Counted from the stretch's first letter, positions 9,840 to 19,240 are shown. The stretch: DNA of 64,000 nt from an uncultured Microbacteriaceae bacterium (GCA_947487835.1 CANKXX010000004.1:173076-237075); one strand, 5' to 3'. Made by a program: numbers and translations. The notes: generated from the letters alone by a model not told the origin.

Positions 9840-10064
9840 ATGGACATCCGCATCGGTATCACCAACGCCCCCCGCGAGCTCAGCTTCGAGTCGAAGCAGG
9901 CCCCCGAGGACATTCAGAAGGTCGTCACCGACGCTGTCGAGGGCAAGACCGCGTTCTTCACGCTCACGGACGTGAAGGGACGCGTCTACCTCGTCCCGAC
10001 GCACGGCCTCGCCTACATCGAGCTCGGCGGCGAAGAGGCCCGCCGGGTCGGCTTCGTCGCCTGA
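9840..10064 (+). CDS. DUF3107 family protein (TB9.4-like)
   Basis: Track ORF, 74 aa: MDIRIGITNAPRELSFESKQ...GRVYLVPTHGLAYIELG. This is a typical small conserved actinobacterial protein found between adnA and the DEAD-box helicase. Confidence 0.85.
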   Translation: MDIRIGITNAPRELSFESKQAPEDIQKVVTDAVEGKTAFFTLTDVKGRVYLVPTHGLAYIELGGEEARRVGFVA

Positions 10065-10081
10065 CCCCAGCCGTCCCTCGG

Positions 10082-10372
10082 ATGGAACTCCTCTTCGTCA
10101 CCCTCGGCGGACTGATCCTCGGGCTGGCGGCCCGCTATGCGCTGCCGCACCGGGGTGAGATCGGCGTGCTCCTGGCCCCGGCCGTCGGCGCGGGCGTCGC
10201 GGCCGTTGTGTGGGTCGCCCTCACCTGGGCGGGCCTCGCCTGGGACGGCGGCTGGATCTGGGTGATCGCGCTCGTGCTCGCCGGCCTGGCGAGCGTCGCC
10301 GCGGAGCTGATGCTCGGCCGCAGGCGCGTGCGCGACGACGAGCAACTGCTCGCCCGCCTCACCCGCGGCTGA
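10082..10372 (+). CDS. Small hydrophobic membrane protein (3 predicted TM segments)
   Basis: Track ORF, 96 aa, strongly hydrophobic with a charged C-terminus. It starts 17 nt after DUF3107. No family recognised. Confidence 0.5.
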   Translation: MELLFVTLGGLILGLAARYALPHRGEIGVLLAPAVGAGVAAVVWVALTWAGLAWDGGWIWVIALVLAGLASVAAELMLGRRRVRDDEQLLARLTRG

Positions 10373-10435
10373 CGCACCCGCGCGCGGCCCGCGGCGCCTG
10401 CTCCCTCGTTCTCTGAACGTCACGGGCGCCAGACC

Positions 10436-10525
10436 CCACGGTCCCTGAGCCCCACGGTCCCTGAGCTTGTCGAAGGGACGCGACCGACGTGAACAGCGAA
10501 GCCGCTTCGACAGGCTCAGCGACCG
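10436..10525. repeat. Family-1 hairpin repeat, locus A: half unit, full forward unit, then reverse unit
   Basis: ccacggtccctgagc (10436-10450); ccacggtccctgagcttgtcgaagggacg (10452-10480; stem GTCCCT 10457-62 / AGGGAC 10474-79); ccgcttcgacaggctcagcgaccg (10502-10525, reverse orientation). It lies between convergent gene ends. Confidence 0.85.
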
Positions 10526-10584
10526 AATCGGCGCAGCGAGCGCACCGGCTCGCCGTCGACCCTGGTCGCCGCAGCGGCGTCGCG

Positions 10585-11307
10585 TCAGGCGGTGAGCCCC
10601 ATGGCGTCCATGCGCCGGGTGTGCGCGGCGATGAGCTCGGTGAACACCGGCTCGAGCCGCGCCTCGACGGCGGACGAGTCGGCCGCCGCGAGCATCGCGG
10701 AGCGGGCGACGAGGAACGTATCGCCCACGAGCCTGCGGCCCCACATGGCGAGGCGGGAGCCGAGCGACGGGGAGGCGGCGATGCCGCGCTTGACCGCATC
10801 CACGAGGCCCTGCCGCTCGTCGCCGGAGTCGAGGATGATGATGACGCGGTCCCGGTACTCCGCGGGCAGCCCCGCGGCCAGCCGCACGTAGAAGTCGTCG
10901 AGCAGCCCGGCCGTGATGATGGCCGACACGAGGGTCTCGTACCAGTCGGCGCCCTGCACGAGGCGGCAGAACCTGTCGATCGCCCCGGCGATGGGCTTCA
11001 TGACCGTCGCGGGGTCGTCGCCGTGCCGCTTGATCTCGGCGGCGAGCGCCTGGTGCCGGTTGAGCGCGATGCCCGCCGCGGTGCTCACCGCTTCCTTGCC
11101 CGCGATGTCGGGGGCCGTGCTCACCGCGCGGGAGAGGAGCTCGAAGATCGCGAGCTGGAGGTAGGTCACCTGGCCGAGGTAGGCGAGGACGTCCGGGGTG
11201 AACTCCTCGAGGCTGACCCGCTGAACGGTGGCACGCTTCGCCTCGGAACGCGGCTTCAGGCGGGGTGCATCCGCGCCCTGGGGACCACGGCGGAACAAGG
11301 TGAACAC
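10585..11307 (-). CDS. Ferritin-like fold protein (conserved actinobacterial, function unknown)
   Basis: C-terminal 240 codons of track ORF 10585..12993(-): VFTLFRRGPQ...LAYLGQVTYLQLAIFELLSRAV...GADWYETLVSAIITAGLLDDFY. The upstream part of the track ORF is antisense to the helicase. GTG at 11307 is chosen as the start, so the start is uncertain. Confidence 0.65.
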   Translation of the reverse strand: MFTLFRRGPQGADAPRLKPRSEAKRATVQRVSLEEFTPDVLAYLGQVTYLQLAIFELLSRAVSTAPDIAGKEAVSTAAGIALNRHQALAAEIKRHGDDPATVMKPIAGAIDRFCRLVQGADWYETLVSAIITAGLLDDFYVRLAAGLPAEYRDRVIIILDSGDERQGLVDAVKRGIAASPSLGSRLAMWGRRLVGDTFLVARSAMLAAADSSAVEARLEPVFTELIAAHTRRMDAMGLTA

Positions 11308-11460
11308 GCGTTCAGTGTAGGGGCCGCGTGGGGCGATCAGGGTCGGGCCGCTAAACTGAGGCGGTCTCCTCATCGGAAGGAGGCACACGCGCCCCCTATT
11401 CATGACGGGCGCCTCACCCAGCCGGACGCTTCCGGCTCGCCACATGACAGGGCTTTTCAC

Positions 11461-12939
11461 TTGACTTTTGCAGAACTCAATATCGAGCAGGACATGGTCG
11501 ACGCTCTCGCGTCGAAGGGGATCCTCGAACCGTTCCCCATCCAGACCCAGACCATCCCCCTCGCCCTCACCGGCCAGGACATCATCGGCCAGGCCAAGAC
11601 GGGAACCGGCAAAACCTTCGGGTTCGGCCTCCCCCTCATCCAGCGCCTCGGCCTCGACCCGGAGCCCGGCGTGCAGGCGCTCGTCGTCGTGCCGACCCGC
11701 GAGCTCGCCGTGCAGGTGACGGAGGACCTCGAGCTCGCCGCCTCCAACCGTCCCACCAAGATCGTCTCCATCTACGGCGGCAAGGCCTACGAGGGCCAGA
11801 TCGAGCAGCTCAAGGCCGGCGCCCAGATCGTCGTCGGCACCCCCGGTCGTCTCCTCGACCTCGCCGGCCAGCGCCTCCTCAGTCTCGCCAAGGTGAAGGT
11901 CATGGTCCTCGACGAGGCCGACAAGATGCTCGACCTCGGCTTCCTCTCCGACGTCGAGAAGCTGTTCGCCCAGACCCCGCCGCTGCGCCACACCATGCTC
12001 TTCTCGGCGACCATGCCCGGCCCGGTCGTCGCCCTCGCGCGCCGCTTCATGAACCGCCCCATCCACATCCGCGCGACGGATCCGGACGAGGGCATCATGC
12101 AGGCCAACATCAAGCACGTCGTCTACCGGGCGCACAGCCTGGACAAGGACGAGGTGATCGGCCGCATCCTGCAGGCCGAGGGCCGCGGCAAGACCGTCGT
12201 CTTCACCCGCACCAAGCGCGCCGCCGCGCGACTCGTCGAGGAGCTCAACGACCGCGGCTTCAACGCCGCCGCCGTGCACGGCGACCTCAACCAGGAGCAG
12301 CGCGAGCGCGCCATGGCCGCCTTCAAGGCGGGCAAGAAGGACATCCTCATCGCCACCGACGTCGCCGCCCGCGGCATCGACGTCGACGACGTGACCCACG
12401 TCATCAACCACACGATCCCGGAGGACGAGAAGGCCTACCTGCACCGCGTCGGCCGCACCGGCCGCGCGGGCAAGACCGGCATCGCCGTCACGTTCGTGGA
12501 CTGGGACGACATGCACAAGTGGGCGCTCATCAACCGCGCCCTCGACTTCGGCCAGCCCGAGCCGCAGGAGACCTACTCCTCCTCGCCGCACCTCTACGAG
12601 GACCTGGACATCCCGGTCGGCTCGAAGGGCCGGCTGAAGAGCACGCCCGTCGTGCGGTCCGAGGGCTCCGGCTCCGGCCGTGACTCCGGCCGCGACGGCT
12701 CCTCCCGCCCGCCCCGCGAGGGCGGCCGCACCCGCACCCGCACGCGCGGCGGCTCCGGTGGGTCCGGCGGCGCAGAGTCCGGCGAGCGCAGCCAGGCGCC
12801 GGCGGCGGACTCCGCCAGCACGTCCCACGCGGGCCACGGCGGACACGGCGGAGAGCACGGCGACGGGCAGACCCGCCCGCACTCGCGCAACCGTCGCCGC
12901 CGCAGCGGCGGCTCGCGCCCGAGCACCCCGGCGGTCTAG
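11461..12939 (+). CDS. DEAD-box ATP-dependent RNA helicase with an RG/SG/HG-rich C-terminal tail
   Basis: Track ORF 10489..12939. Motifs: Q-motif region TFAELNIEQDMVDALASKGILEPFPIQ, AKTGTGKT, VLDEADKM (DEAD), SAT, HRVGRTGRAG. TTG at 11461 is the only in-frame start codon that keeps the Q-motif phenylalanine. ATG at 11494 would remove it. Confidence 0.9.
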   Translation: MTFAELNIEQDMVDALASKGILEPFPIQTQTIPLALTGQDIIGQAKTGTGKTFGFGLPLIQRLGLDPEPGVQALVVVPTRELAVQVTEDLELAASNRPTKIVSIYGGKAYEGQIEQLKAGAQIVVGTPGRLLDLAGQRLLSLAKVKVMVLDEADKMLDLGFLSDVEKLFAQTPPLRHTMLFSATMPGPVVALARRFMNRPIHIRATDPDEGIMQANIKHVVYRAHSLDKDEVIGRILQAEGRGKTVVFTRTKRAAARLVEELNDRGFNAAAVHGDLNQEQRERAMAAFKAGKKDILIATDVAARGIDVDDVTHVINHTIPEDEKAYLHRVGRTGRAGKTGIAVTFVDWDDMHKWALINRALDFGQPEPQETYSSSPHLYEDLDIPVGSKGRLKSTPVVRSEGSGSGRDSGRDGSSRPPREGGRTRTRTRGGSGGSGGAESGERSQAPAADSASTSHAGHGGHGGEHGDGQTRPHSRNRRRRSGGSRPSTPAV

Positions 12940-12977
12940 CCCGGTCCCGAGACGGGACCCGAACGCACCACCGAACC

Positions 12978-13011
12978 GAACCCGGCACCTCACCCCTGAG
13001 GTGCCGGGTTC
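12978..13011. terminator. Perfect 15-bp stem / 4-nt loop hairpin between convergent genes (candidate bidirectional terminator)
   Basis: GAACCCGGCACCTCA cccc TGAGGTGCCGGGTTC, 39 nt after the helicase stop and 87 nt after the PHP gene stop. The U tract is weak. Confidence 0.55.
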
Positions 13012-13097
13012 GGTCGTTCCCCGGGCGGAAACGGGGCCGAGTCGGGCACCTCACGGAGAGTGCGGCCGAGGATGCGGGACCGGTGATGACGCCGGGG

Positions 13098-13964
13098 TTA
13101 CGGGAGTACGGGGGCCGATCCGGTGCCGGCCTCGAGGATCGCGTCGAGCACCGCGGGCGAGGTCGAGTTCTCGGCCAGCCGGTTCGGCTTGCCGCTGCCG
13201 TGGTAGTCGCTCGACCCGGTGACCGCGAGCCCGAACTTCTCGGCGAGCTCGTGCAGCCGGGCCTTCCCGTCCGGCGTGTTCTCGCGGTGGTCGATCTCCA
13301 GGCCGAAGAGTCCGGCGTCCACGAGGTTCGCGAGATTCTGCTCGGGGATCACCTTGCCGCGCCCGCCGGTCGCCGGATGCGCGAGAACCGGAACCCCGCC
13401 CGCGGCCCGGAGCAGCTGCACCCCGGTGAGCGGATCGGGCGCGTAGTGCGGCTGGAAGTAGCCGCCCCGCCAGTGCAGGATCGTCTGGAACGCGGTGCTC
13501 CGGTCGGACACGAACCCGCGGGCCACGAGCGCGTCGGCGATGTGCGGCCGCCCGACCGTGCCGCCCGGCGTGGTCTGCTCGAGCACGTCGTCCCAGGTCA
13601 GGTCGTAGTCGACCGCGATGCGCGCGACGATGCGCTCCGCCCGATCCCGGCGGCCCGAGCGGATGCGGGCGGTCTCGGCCGCCAGCGCCTCGTCGTCCGG
13701 GTCGAGGAGGTAACCGAGGATGTGCACGCTCGCCCACTCGACGCGCGTGCTCAGCTCCATGCCGGGCACGAGCGCGATGCCGGCCTCGCGGGCGGCGTCG
13801 CGGGCCTCGGCCCAGCCCGCCGTGGAGTCGTGGTCGGTCAGCGCGACGGCGCCGAGGCCGAGCGACGCGGCCTCGCGCACGAGTTCGCCGGGCGCCTGCG
13901 TGCCGTCCGAGACGCTGCTGTGGGTGTGCAGGTCGATCGGGCCCGACAGAGGCGGAAACGGCAT
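13098..13964 (-). CDS. PHP-domain metal-dependent phosphoesterase (TrpH/YciV-like)
   Basis: Track ORF, 288 aa: IDLHTHSSVSDG...ALTDHDS...HILGY...DYHG motifs. Confidence 0.85.
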   Translation of the reverse strand: MPFPPLSGPIDLHTHSSVSDGTQAPGELVREAASLGLGAVALTDHDSTAGWAEARDAAREAGIALVPGMELSTRVEWASVHILGYLLDPDDEALAAETARIRSGRRDRAERIVARIAVDYDLTWDDVLEQTTPGGTVGRPHIADALVARGFVSDRSTAFQTILHWRGGYFQPHYAPDPLTGVQLLRAAGGVPVLAHPATGGRGKVIPEQNLANLVDAGLFGLEIDHRENTPDGKARLHELAEKFGLAVTGSSDYHGSGKPNRLAENSTSPAVLDAILEAGTGSAPVLP

Positions 13965-14022
13965 CCTGCAATCGTAGGCCGAATGCGGATGCCCAGCCGC
14001 CCGCCACTACAGTGGTCCGGTC

Positions 14023-15051
14023 ATGATCGGTCGGGTATTCGCAGCGCTGGTGATCGTCGTCGTGGCGGCCGTGCTCCTCGTCGCGGCCTGGCCGCAGCTG
14101 CTGAACCTCGAGCAGGTCTTCCTCGTCGCCCAGGCGGTCTCCCTGCGCGGTGCCGCCATCGTGGCCGCCCTCCTCGCGATCGTGCTGATCGGCCTCGTCG
14201 CCCTCGCCGCCCGCCGCGCCCGCCGCTTCCTCGGCTCGATCCTCGTGCTGCTCCTCGCCTTCGCGGCCCTGTCGGCCGCCGTGCTCAGCACCCGCGGCTT
14301 CGGCGACACCGCGTTCGCCGAGAAGGGCGAGTGGGACGTGACCGTGCTCTCCTGGAACACGCTGGGCGGGGCCGCGGACGCGGCGGCCGTCGCCGATCTC
14401 GCGGTCGAGGTCGACGCCGACGTGGTGGCTCTGCCCGAGACGACCGAGCCGATGGGGCTCGACGTCGCGGCCGCCATGGCCGCCGCCGGCGTGCCGATGC
14501 AGGTGTACACGACGGCGTACGACGAGATCGCGGCGGCCCGGTCCACGACCCTGCTGATCCGCGCCGCCTACGGCGAGTACGCGGTGAGCGAGGAGGAGGG
14601 CAACACCGCCGTGCTGCCCACCGTCATCGCGGAGCCGGTGGATGGGAACGGTCCCACGATCATGGCGGTGCACCCGGTCGCGCCCATCCCGGCCGAGATG
14701 GACAACTGGCGTCGCGACCTGGAGTGGCTGGGCGGGCGCTGCGACACGGGGAACGTCATCATGGCGGGCGATTTCAACGCCACGCTCGACCACATGGCCG
14801 ACTACGGCGGCGGCCGCACCGAGGACAGGCGGATCACGAACCTCGGCAACTGCATCGACGGCGCGGCCTCGACGGGCAACGCCGCGGTCGGCACGTGGCC
14901 CGCGGCGATCCCGCCGCTGCTCGGCACGCCCATCGACCACATCCTCGCGACGGACGGCTGGCGCTTCACCGGGTTCCGGGTCGTGACGGACCGGGATGAC
15001 GCGGGCAGCGACCATCGGCCGATCGTCGCGCAGCTGCACCCGCTGCGCTGA
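14023..15051 (+). CDS. Membrane-anchored endonuclease/exonuclease/phosphatase (EEP) family protein
   Basis: Track ORF, 342 aa. N-terminal TM segments, then VLSWNTL...ALPET...MAGDFNAT...SDHRPIV (EEP catalytic motifs). Confidence 0.8.
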   Translation: MIGRVFAALVIVVVAAVLLVAAWPQLLNLEQVFLVAQAVSLRGAAIVAALLAIVLIGLVALAARRARRFLGSILVLLLAFAALSAAVLSTRGFGDTAFAEKGEWDVTVLSWNTLGGAADAAAVADLAVEVDADVVALPETTEPMGLDVAAAMAAAGVPMQVYTTAYDEIAAARSTTLLIRAAYGEYAVSEEEGNTAVLPTVIAEPVDGNGPTIMAVHPVAPIPAEMDNWRRDLEWLGGRCDTGNVIMAGDFNATLDHMADYGGGRTEDRRITNLGNCIDGAASTGNAAVGTWPAAIPPLLGTPIDHILATDGWRFTGFRVVTDRDDAGSDHRPIVAQLHPLR

Positions 15052-15115
15052 GCACGGGCGCTGCACGCCGCCGCTCCCCCGGCCGAGCCCCGGACGCCGG
15101 TGGCAGAATGGAGGG

Positions 15116-16681
15116 ATGGCCGACTCCGCTATCCCCGCGTCCGCACCCGCCACCGCCCCCGAGGCGACCCCGAAGCCGCGCGCGACCGAGAACCGGTCGA
15201 CGACCCCGGTGAGCACGCAGTTCCGCGACTACATCGCGAGCGGCTGGGCCGAGCGCGAAGAGGCCCTGCCGCAGGCCCGTGAGCAGGCGGCGTACGCCGC
15301 CGAGCGCCGCGCCCGCATCTCCGCCCTGTTCCCGGGCAAGCGCCTCGTCCTCCCCGCGGGCGGGCTCAAGCAGCGCTCCAACGACACCGACTTCCCCTTC
15401 CGGGCGCACTCCGCGTTCGTGCACCTCACCGGCTGGGGCGCCGACTCCGAGCCCGGTTCGATGCTCGTGCTCGAGCCCACCGCCGACGGCCATGAGGCGA
15501 CGCTGTACTTCCGCGAGCGCGCCGGTCGCGACTCGGACGAGTTCTACGCGAACCCGGAGATCGGCGAGTTCTGGATCGGGCCCCGCCCCTCCCTGGCTCA
15601 GGTCGCCGCCGACCTCGCGCTGCCCGCCAAGGGCATCGCCGACGCCGATGCCGTGATCGCCGCCGCGGACGCCGACACGCTCGTCGTGCGCGAGACCGAC
15701 CGCGGGATCACCGACCGCATCGACGAGGCACGCGCTGCCGCTGGCGCTGCTGCCTCCGCAGCCGACTCCGCGGCCGACTCCGCCGAGGGTGAAGTGGCCG
15801 CGACCGGAACGGAGGGCGACGCCGAGTTGGCCCGCGCCCTGTCCGAGCTGCGCCTCGTCAAGGACGCGTACGAGCTGGCGGAGCTGCGCCGTGCGGTCGA
15901 CGCCACCGCCCGGGGATTCGAGGACGTGCTGCGCGACATGCCGCGCATCCTCGCGCACGAGCGCGGCGAGCGGCTCGTCGAGGGCGTCTTCAACGGCCGC
16001 GCCCGCGCCGACGGCAACGCCGTCGGGTACGACACGATCGCGGCATCCGGTCCGCACGCCTGCATCCTGCACTGGACCCGCAACGACGGCGCCGTGGCCG
16101 ACGGCGACCTCATCCTCCTGGACGCCGGCGTGGAGGTCGAGAGCTACTACACCGCGGACATCACGCGCACGCTGCCCACGAACGGCCGGTTCAGCGACGT
16201 GCAGCGCGACGTCTACGAGGCCGTGCGCGAGGCCGCCGACGCGGCCTTCGCGATCGTGCGTCCCGGCATCCGCTTCCGCGAGGTGCACGCGGCCGCGATG
16301 GCCGTGATCGCCCGCCGTGTCGCCGAGTGGGGCATGCTCCCCGTCTCGGCCGAGGAGGCGCTGCAGCCGGAGAACCAGCACCACCGCCGCTACATGGTGC
16401 ACGGCACGAGCCACCACCTGGGGCTCGACGTGCACGACTGCGCGCAGGCCCGCCGCGACCTGTACATCGACGGCGTGCTCGAGGCCGGCATGGTGTTCAC
16501 GATCGAGCCGGGCCTCTACTTCCAGCCGGACGACCTCACCGTGCCCGAGCAGTTCCGCGGCATCGGCGTGCGCATCGAGGACGACATCCTCGTGACCCCG
16601 GAGGGCGCGGAGAACCTCTCCATCGGCATCCCGCGCACCGCGGACGACGTCGAGGCCTGGATCGCCGGCCTCTCCTCCTAG
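15116..16681 (+). CDS. Xaa-Pro aminopeptidase (M24B, aminopeptidase P family)
   Basis: Track ORF 14996..16681. Conserved region from MADSAIP; DLILLDAGVEVESYYTADITRT, HGTSHHLGLDVHD, FTIEPGLY, GIGVRIEDD. The start is set at ATG 15116; the upstream 40 codons look non-coding. Confidence 0.85.
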   Translation: MADSAIPASAPATAPEATPKPRATENRSTTPVSTQFRDYIASGWAEREEALPQAREQAAYAAERRARISALFPGKRLVLPAGGLKQRSNDTDFPFRAHSAFVHLTGWGADSEPGSMLVLEPTADGHEATLYFRERAGRDSDEFYANPEIGEFWIGPRPSLAQVAADLALPAKGIADADAVIAAADADTLVVRETDRGITDRIDEARAAAGAAASAADSAADSAEGEVAATGTEGDAELARALSELRLVKDAYELAELRRAVDATARGFEDVLRDMPRILAHERGERLVEGVFNGRARADGNAVGYDTIAASGPHACILHWTRNDGAVADGDLILLDAGVEVESYYTADITRTLPTNGRFSDVQRDVYEAVREAADAAFAIVRPGIRFREVHAAAMAVIARRVAEWGMLPVSAEEALQPENQHHRRYMVHGTSHHLGLDVHDCAQARRDLYIDGVLEAGMVFTIEPGLYFQPDDLTVPEQFRGIGVRIEDDILVTPEGAENLSIGIPRTADDVEAWIAGLSS

Positions 16682-16707
16682 GACGGCAAGCGCCCTTTCC
16701 ATAGGCA

Positions 16708-16736
16708 CCACGGTCGCTGAGCCCGCCGAAGCGACG
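16708..16736. repeat. Family-1 hairpin repeat, locus B (single forward unit, G-type stem)
   Basis: ccacggtcgctgagcccgccgaagcgacg; stem GTCGCT 16713-18 / AGCGAC 16730-35. It lies between convergent gene ends. Confidence 0.85.
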
Positions 16737-16768
16737 TGACGAGCGCTGAGACCGGGACGCGGCGCGGG

Positions 16769-17320
16769 TCAGGCGGTCGGGGCCGCGCCCGTGATGTCGT
16801 CGTCGTCGGGCAGGGCGCGCGGCGGAAGGCCGTGGACCGGCGTCTCCACCCCGAGGAGGTTGCGCGCGCGGTTGACGCTGTCCGGGTCCACTATCACCGA
16901 GTAGCTGCTCGAGATCACCTGCATCGTCGAGGTGAAGTCGCGCCGGTTCCGGTTGATCGAGTAGCTCACGATGCTGAAGATCATGCCGAAGCCGGCACCG
17001 ATGAGCGCCGCGGCGAGCACGAAGGACAGGTCCGGCGCGCCGGAGAACAGGAACAGCAGCAGACCGAAGAACAGACCGAGCCACGCGCCGCTCGCGGCGC
17101 CCGCGCCTGCCGCCCGCGCGTAGGTTAGCTTGCCCGTGACGCGCTCGACGCTCTTCAGGTCGTTGCCCACGATCGAGACCTGCTTGACCGGGAAGTCGGC
17201 CTTGGCCAGCAGGTCCACCGCCGCCTGCGCCTCGAGGTACGTCTCGTAGGTCGCGACGGCCTCGCCCCGCGGAATCGAGGGGGCTGCGACACGGCCTCTG
17301 CCGAAGAGTGGGTTGCTCAC
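16769..17320 (-). CDS. Membrane protein with an N-terminal general-stress-protein-like domain (Rv1234-like)
   Basis: Track ORF, 183 aa. Soluble N-domain (VATYETYLEAQAAVDLLAKADFPVKQVSIVGNDL), then two glycine-rich TM segments. GTG start with GGGAGA 9 nt upstream. Confidence 0.7.
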   Translation of the reverse strand: MSNPLFGRGRVAAPSIPRGEAVATYETYLEAQAAVDLLAKADFPVKQVSIVGNDLKSVERVTGKLTYARAAGAGAASGAWLGLFFGLLLFLFSGAPDLSFVLAAALIGAGFGMIFSIVSYSINRNRRDFTSTMQVISSSYSVIVDPDSVNRARNLLGVETPVHGLPPRALPDDDDITGAAPTA

Positions 17321-17363
17321 GGGCCCTAGTCTCCCATGGCTGCCTGTAGAGGGTCGGTAACAG

Positions 17364-17378
17364 CAACTAAGTTAGTTG
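17364..17378. promoter_or_regulatory. AT-rich 15-bp palindrome CAACTAA-G-TTAGTTG in a 59-nt divergent intergenic region; contains a TANNNT -10 candidate (TAAGTT 17369-74)
   Basis: Read directly. It ends 2 nt before the GTG start at 17380, leaving no room for a Shine-Dalgarno sequence. This suggests a leaderless transcript and/or an operator shared with the divergent gene. Confidence 0.3.
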
Positions 17379-17379
17379 T

Positions 17380-18723
17380 GTGAGTGCATCCCGTGTCTTC
17401 GTCGCCAGGCTGGCCGGCTGCAGCGTATTCGATCCGCTCGGCGACCGGGTGGGCCGGGTGCGGGACGTGCTCGTCGTGTACCGCAAGAACGACCCGCCGC
17501 GCGTCGTCGGCCTGATCGTCGAGATCCCGGGCAAGCGCCGGGTGTTCCTCTCGATCGGCCGCGTCACCAGCGTCGGCTCCGGCCAGATCATCACGACCGG
17601 CCTCATCAACGTGCGCCGCTTCGAGCAGCGCGGCGGCGAGGTGCGCGTGATCGCCGAGATGCTCGGCCGGCGCGTGTCCCTGCTCGACGGATCCGGCGAC
17701 GCCACCATCGAGGACGTCGCGATCGAGGAGATCGGCACCGGCGAGTGGGAGGTCAGCCAGCTCTTCTGCCGCCGTCCCAAGACCGGCGGCGGCCCGTTCG
17801 GCAAGGGCCCTACGATCTTCACCCGCTGGGAGGAGGTCTCCGAGCGCCGCGTCGCCGGCGAGGCCCAGTCGGCCAGCCAGCTGCTCGCCGCGTACTCCGA
17901 CCTGAAGCCGGCCGACCTCGCGAGCACCCTGCTCGACCTTCCCGAGGGGCGCCGCCTCGAGGTGGCGGAGGAACTGCCGGACGACCGGCTCGCCGACGTG
18001 CTCGAGGAGATGCCCGAGAGCAGCCAGGTGGCCATCCTCGGCAGCCTCGACGACGACCGCGCCGCCGACGTGCTCGACCAGATGCAGCCGGACGACGCGG
18101 CGGACCTCATCGCGCAGCTCTCCGACGAGCGCGGCGAGGCGCTGCTCGACCTCATGCAGCCGGAGGAGGCCGAGGACGTGCGCATGCTCCTCAGCTACGC
18201 CCCCGACACCGCGGGCGGCCTCATGACGACCGACCCGATCATCCTGTCCGCCGACGCGACCGTCGCGGAGGGCCTCGCGCTCATCCGCAGGCATGAGCTC
18301 GCGCCCGCGCTCGGCGCTGCCGTGTGCATCACCCTGCCGCCGTACGAGCCGCCCACCGGCCGCTTCCTCGGCATGGTGCACTTCCAGCGGATGCTGCGCT
18401 ACCCGCCGCACGAGCGCCTCGGCACCCTGCTCGACCAGGGCCTCGACCCCGTGCACGCCACGACGTCGGCGGCCGAGGTGTCGCGCATCCTCGCGAGCTA
18501 CAACCTGGTCTCCGTGCCGGTCGTGGACGAGAACCACCGCCTCGTCGGCGTCGTGACGATCGACGACGTGCTCGACCACATCCTCCCGGACGACTGGCGA
18601 AGTCAGGACGAGGAACGCGAGACGCGCAAACGCGCGGCGGCGAGATACCGGGGCACGGCGACCACCGCCATCCCCATCAAGGCGACCGGACGAGGAAGGA
18701 GGCGACGAGATGGCGCGGGATAA
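17380..18723 (+). CDS. Cytosolic MgtE-N / tandem CBS domain protein with an N-terminal PRC-barrel-like region (no membrane domain)
   Basis: Track ORF, 447 aa. Acidic MgtE-N repeats (LADVLEEMPESSQVAILGSLDDDRAADVLDQMQPDDAADLIAQL), then CBS pair (MTTDPIIL...VPVVDENHRLVGVVTIDDVLD). No TM helices. It resembles Rv1232c. Confidence 0.85.
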   Translation: MSASRVFVARLAGCSVFDPLGDRVGRVRDVLVVYRKNDPPRVVGLIVEIPGKRRVFLSIGRVTSVGSGQIITTGLINVRRFEQRGGEVRVIAEMLGRRVSLLDGSGDATIEDVAIEEIGTGEWEVSQLFCRRPKTGGGPFGKGPTIFTRWEEVSERRVAGEAQSASQLLAAYSDLKPADLASTLLDLPEGRRLEVAEELPDDRLADVLEEMPESSQVAILGSLDDDRAADVLDQMQPDDAADLIAQLSDERGEALLDLMQPEEAEDVRMLLSYAPDTAGGLMTTDPIILSADATVAEGLALIRRHELAPALGAAVCITLPPYEPPTGRFLGMVHFQRMLRYPPHERLGTLLDQGLDPVHATTSAAEVSRILASYNLVSVPVVDENHRLVGVVTIDDVLDHILPDDWRSQDEERETRKRAAARYRGTATTAIPIKATGRGRRRRDGAG

Positions 18724-19240
18724 CAACCGGGAGCAGCGGCTCGACGCCCCCAAGGGCCTGCGAACAGGCGTCCTCCCCCTGCGCAAGCGGGTGAGCCGGG
18801 ACCGCTTCGGCCGCTTCACCGAGGGCGTCGCCCGCGCCATGGGAACGCCGTGGTTCCTGTTCGGCCTGACGGTGTTCACCATCGTCTGGCTCCTCTACAA
18901 CACCTACGGACCGGAGAACCTCCGCTTCGACTCCGCCGTGTACGGGTTCACCGTGCTGACGCTGATCCTGTCGCTGCAGGCCTCGTACGCCGCCCCGCTC
19001 ATCCTGCTCGCGCAGAACCGGCAGGACGACCGCGACCGCGTGCAGATGGAGCAGGACCGCCAGCGCACCGAGCGCAACGTGGCCGACGTCGAGTACCTGG
19101 CGCGCGAGGTCGTCGCGCTGCGCCTGCAGATGCAGGACGTGGCGTCGAAGGACTTCATCCGTGCCGAGCTCCGGTCCCTGCTCGAGGAGCTCGACAAGCG
19201 CGACGAGGACGCACCGGTCGAGGCGACCCGCGGTGGCTGA
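18710..19240 (+). CDS. DUF1003 family membrane protein
   Basis: Track ORF, 176 aa: GTPWFLFGLTVFTIVWLLYN...LTLILSLQASYAAPLILLAQNRQ. It overlaps the preceding gene by 14 nt. Confidence 0.85.
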   Translation: MARDNNREQRLDAPKGLRTGVLPLRKRVSRDRFGRFTEGVARAMGTPWFLFGLTVFTIVWLLYNTYGPENLRFDSAVYGFTVLTLILSLQASYAAPLILLAQNRQDDRDRVQMEQDRQRTERNVADVEYLAREVVALRLQMQDVASKDFIRAELRSLLEELDKRDEDAPVEATRGG

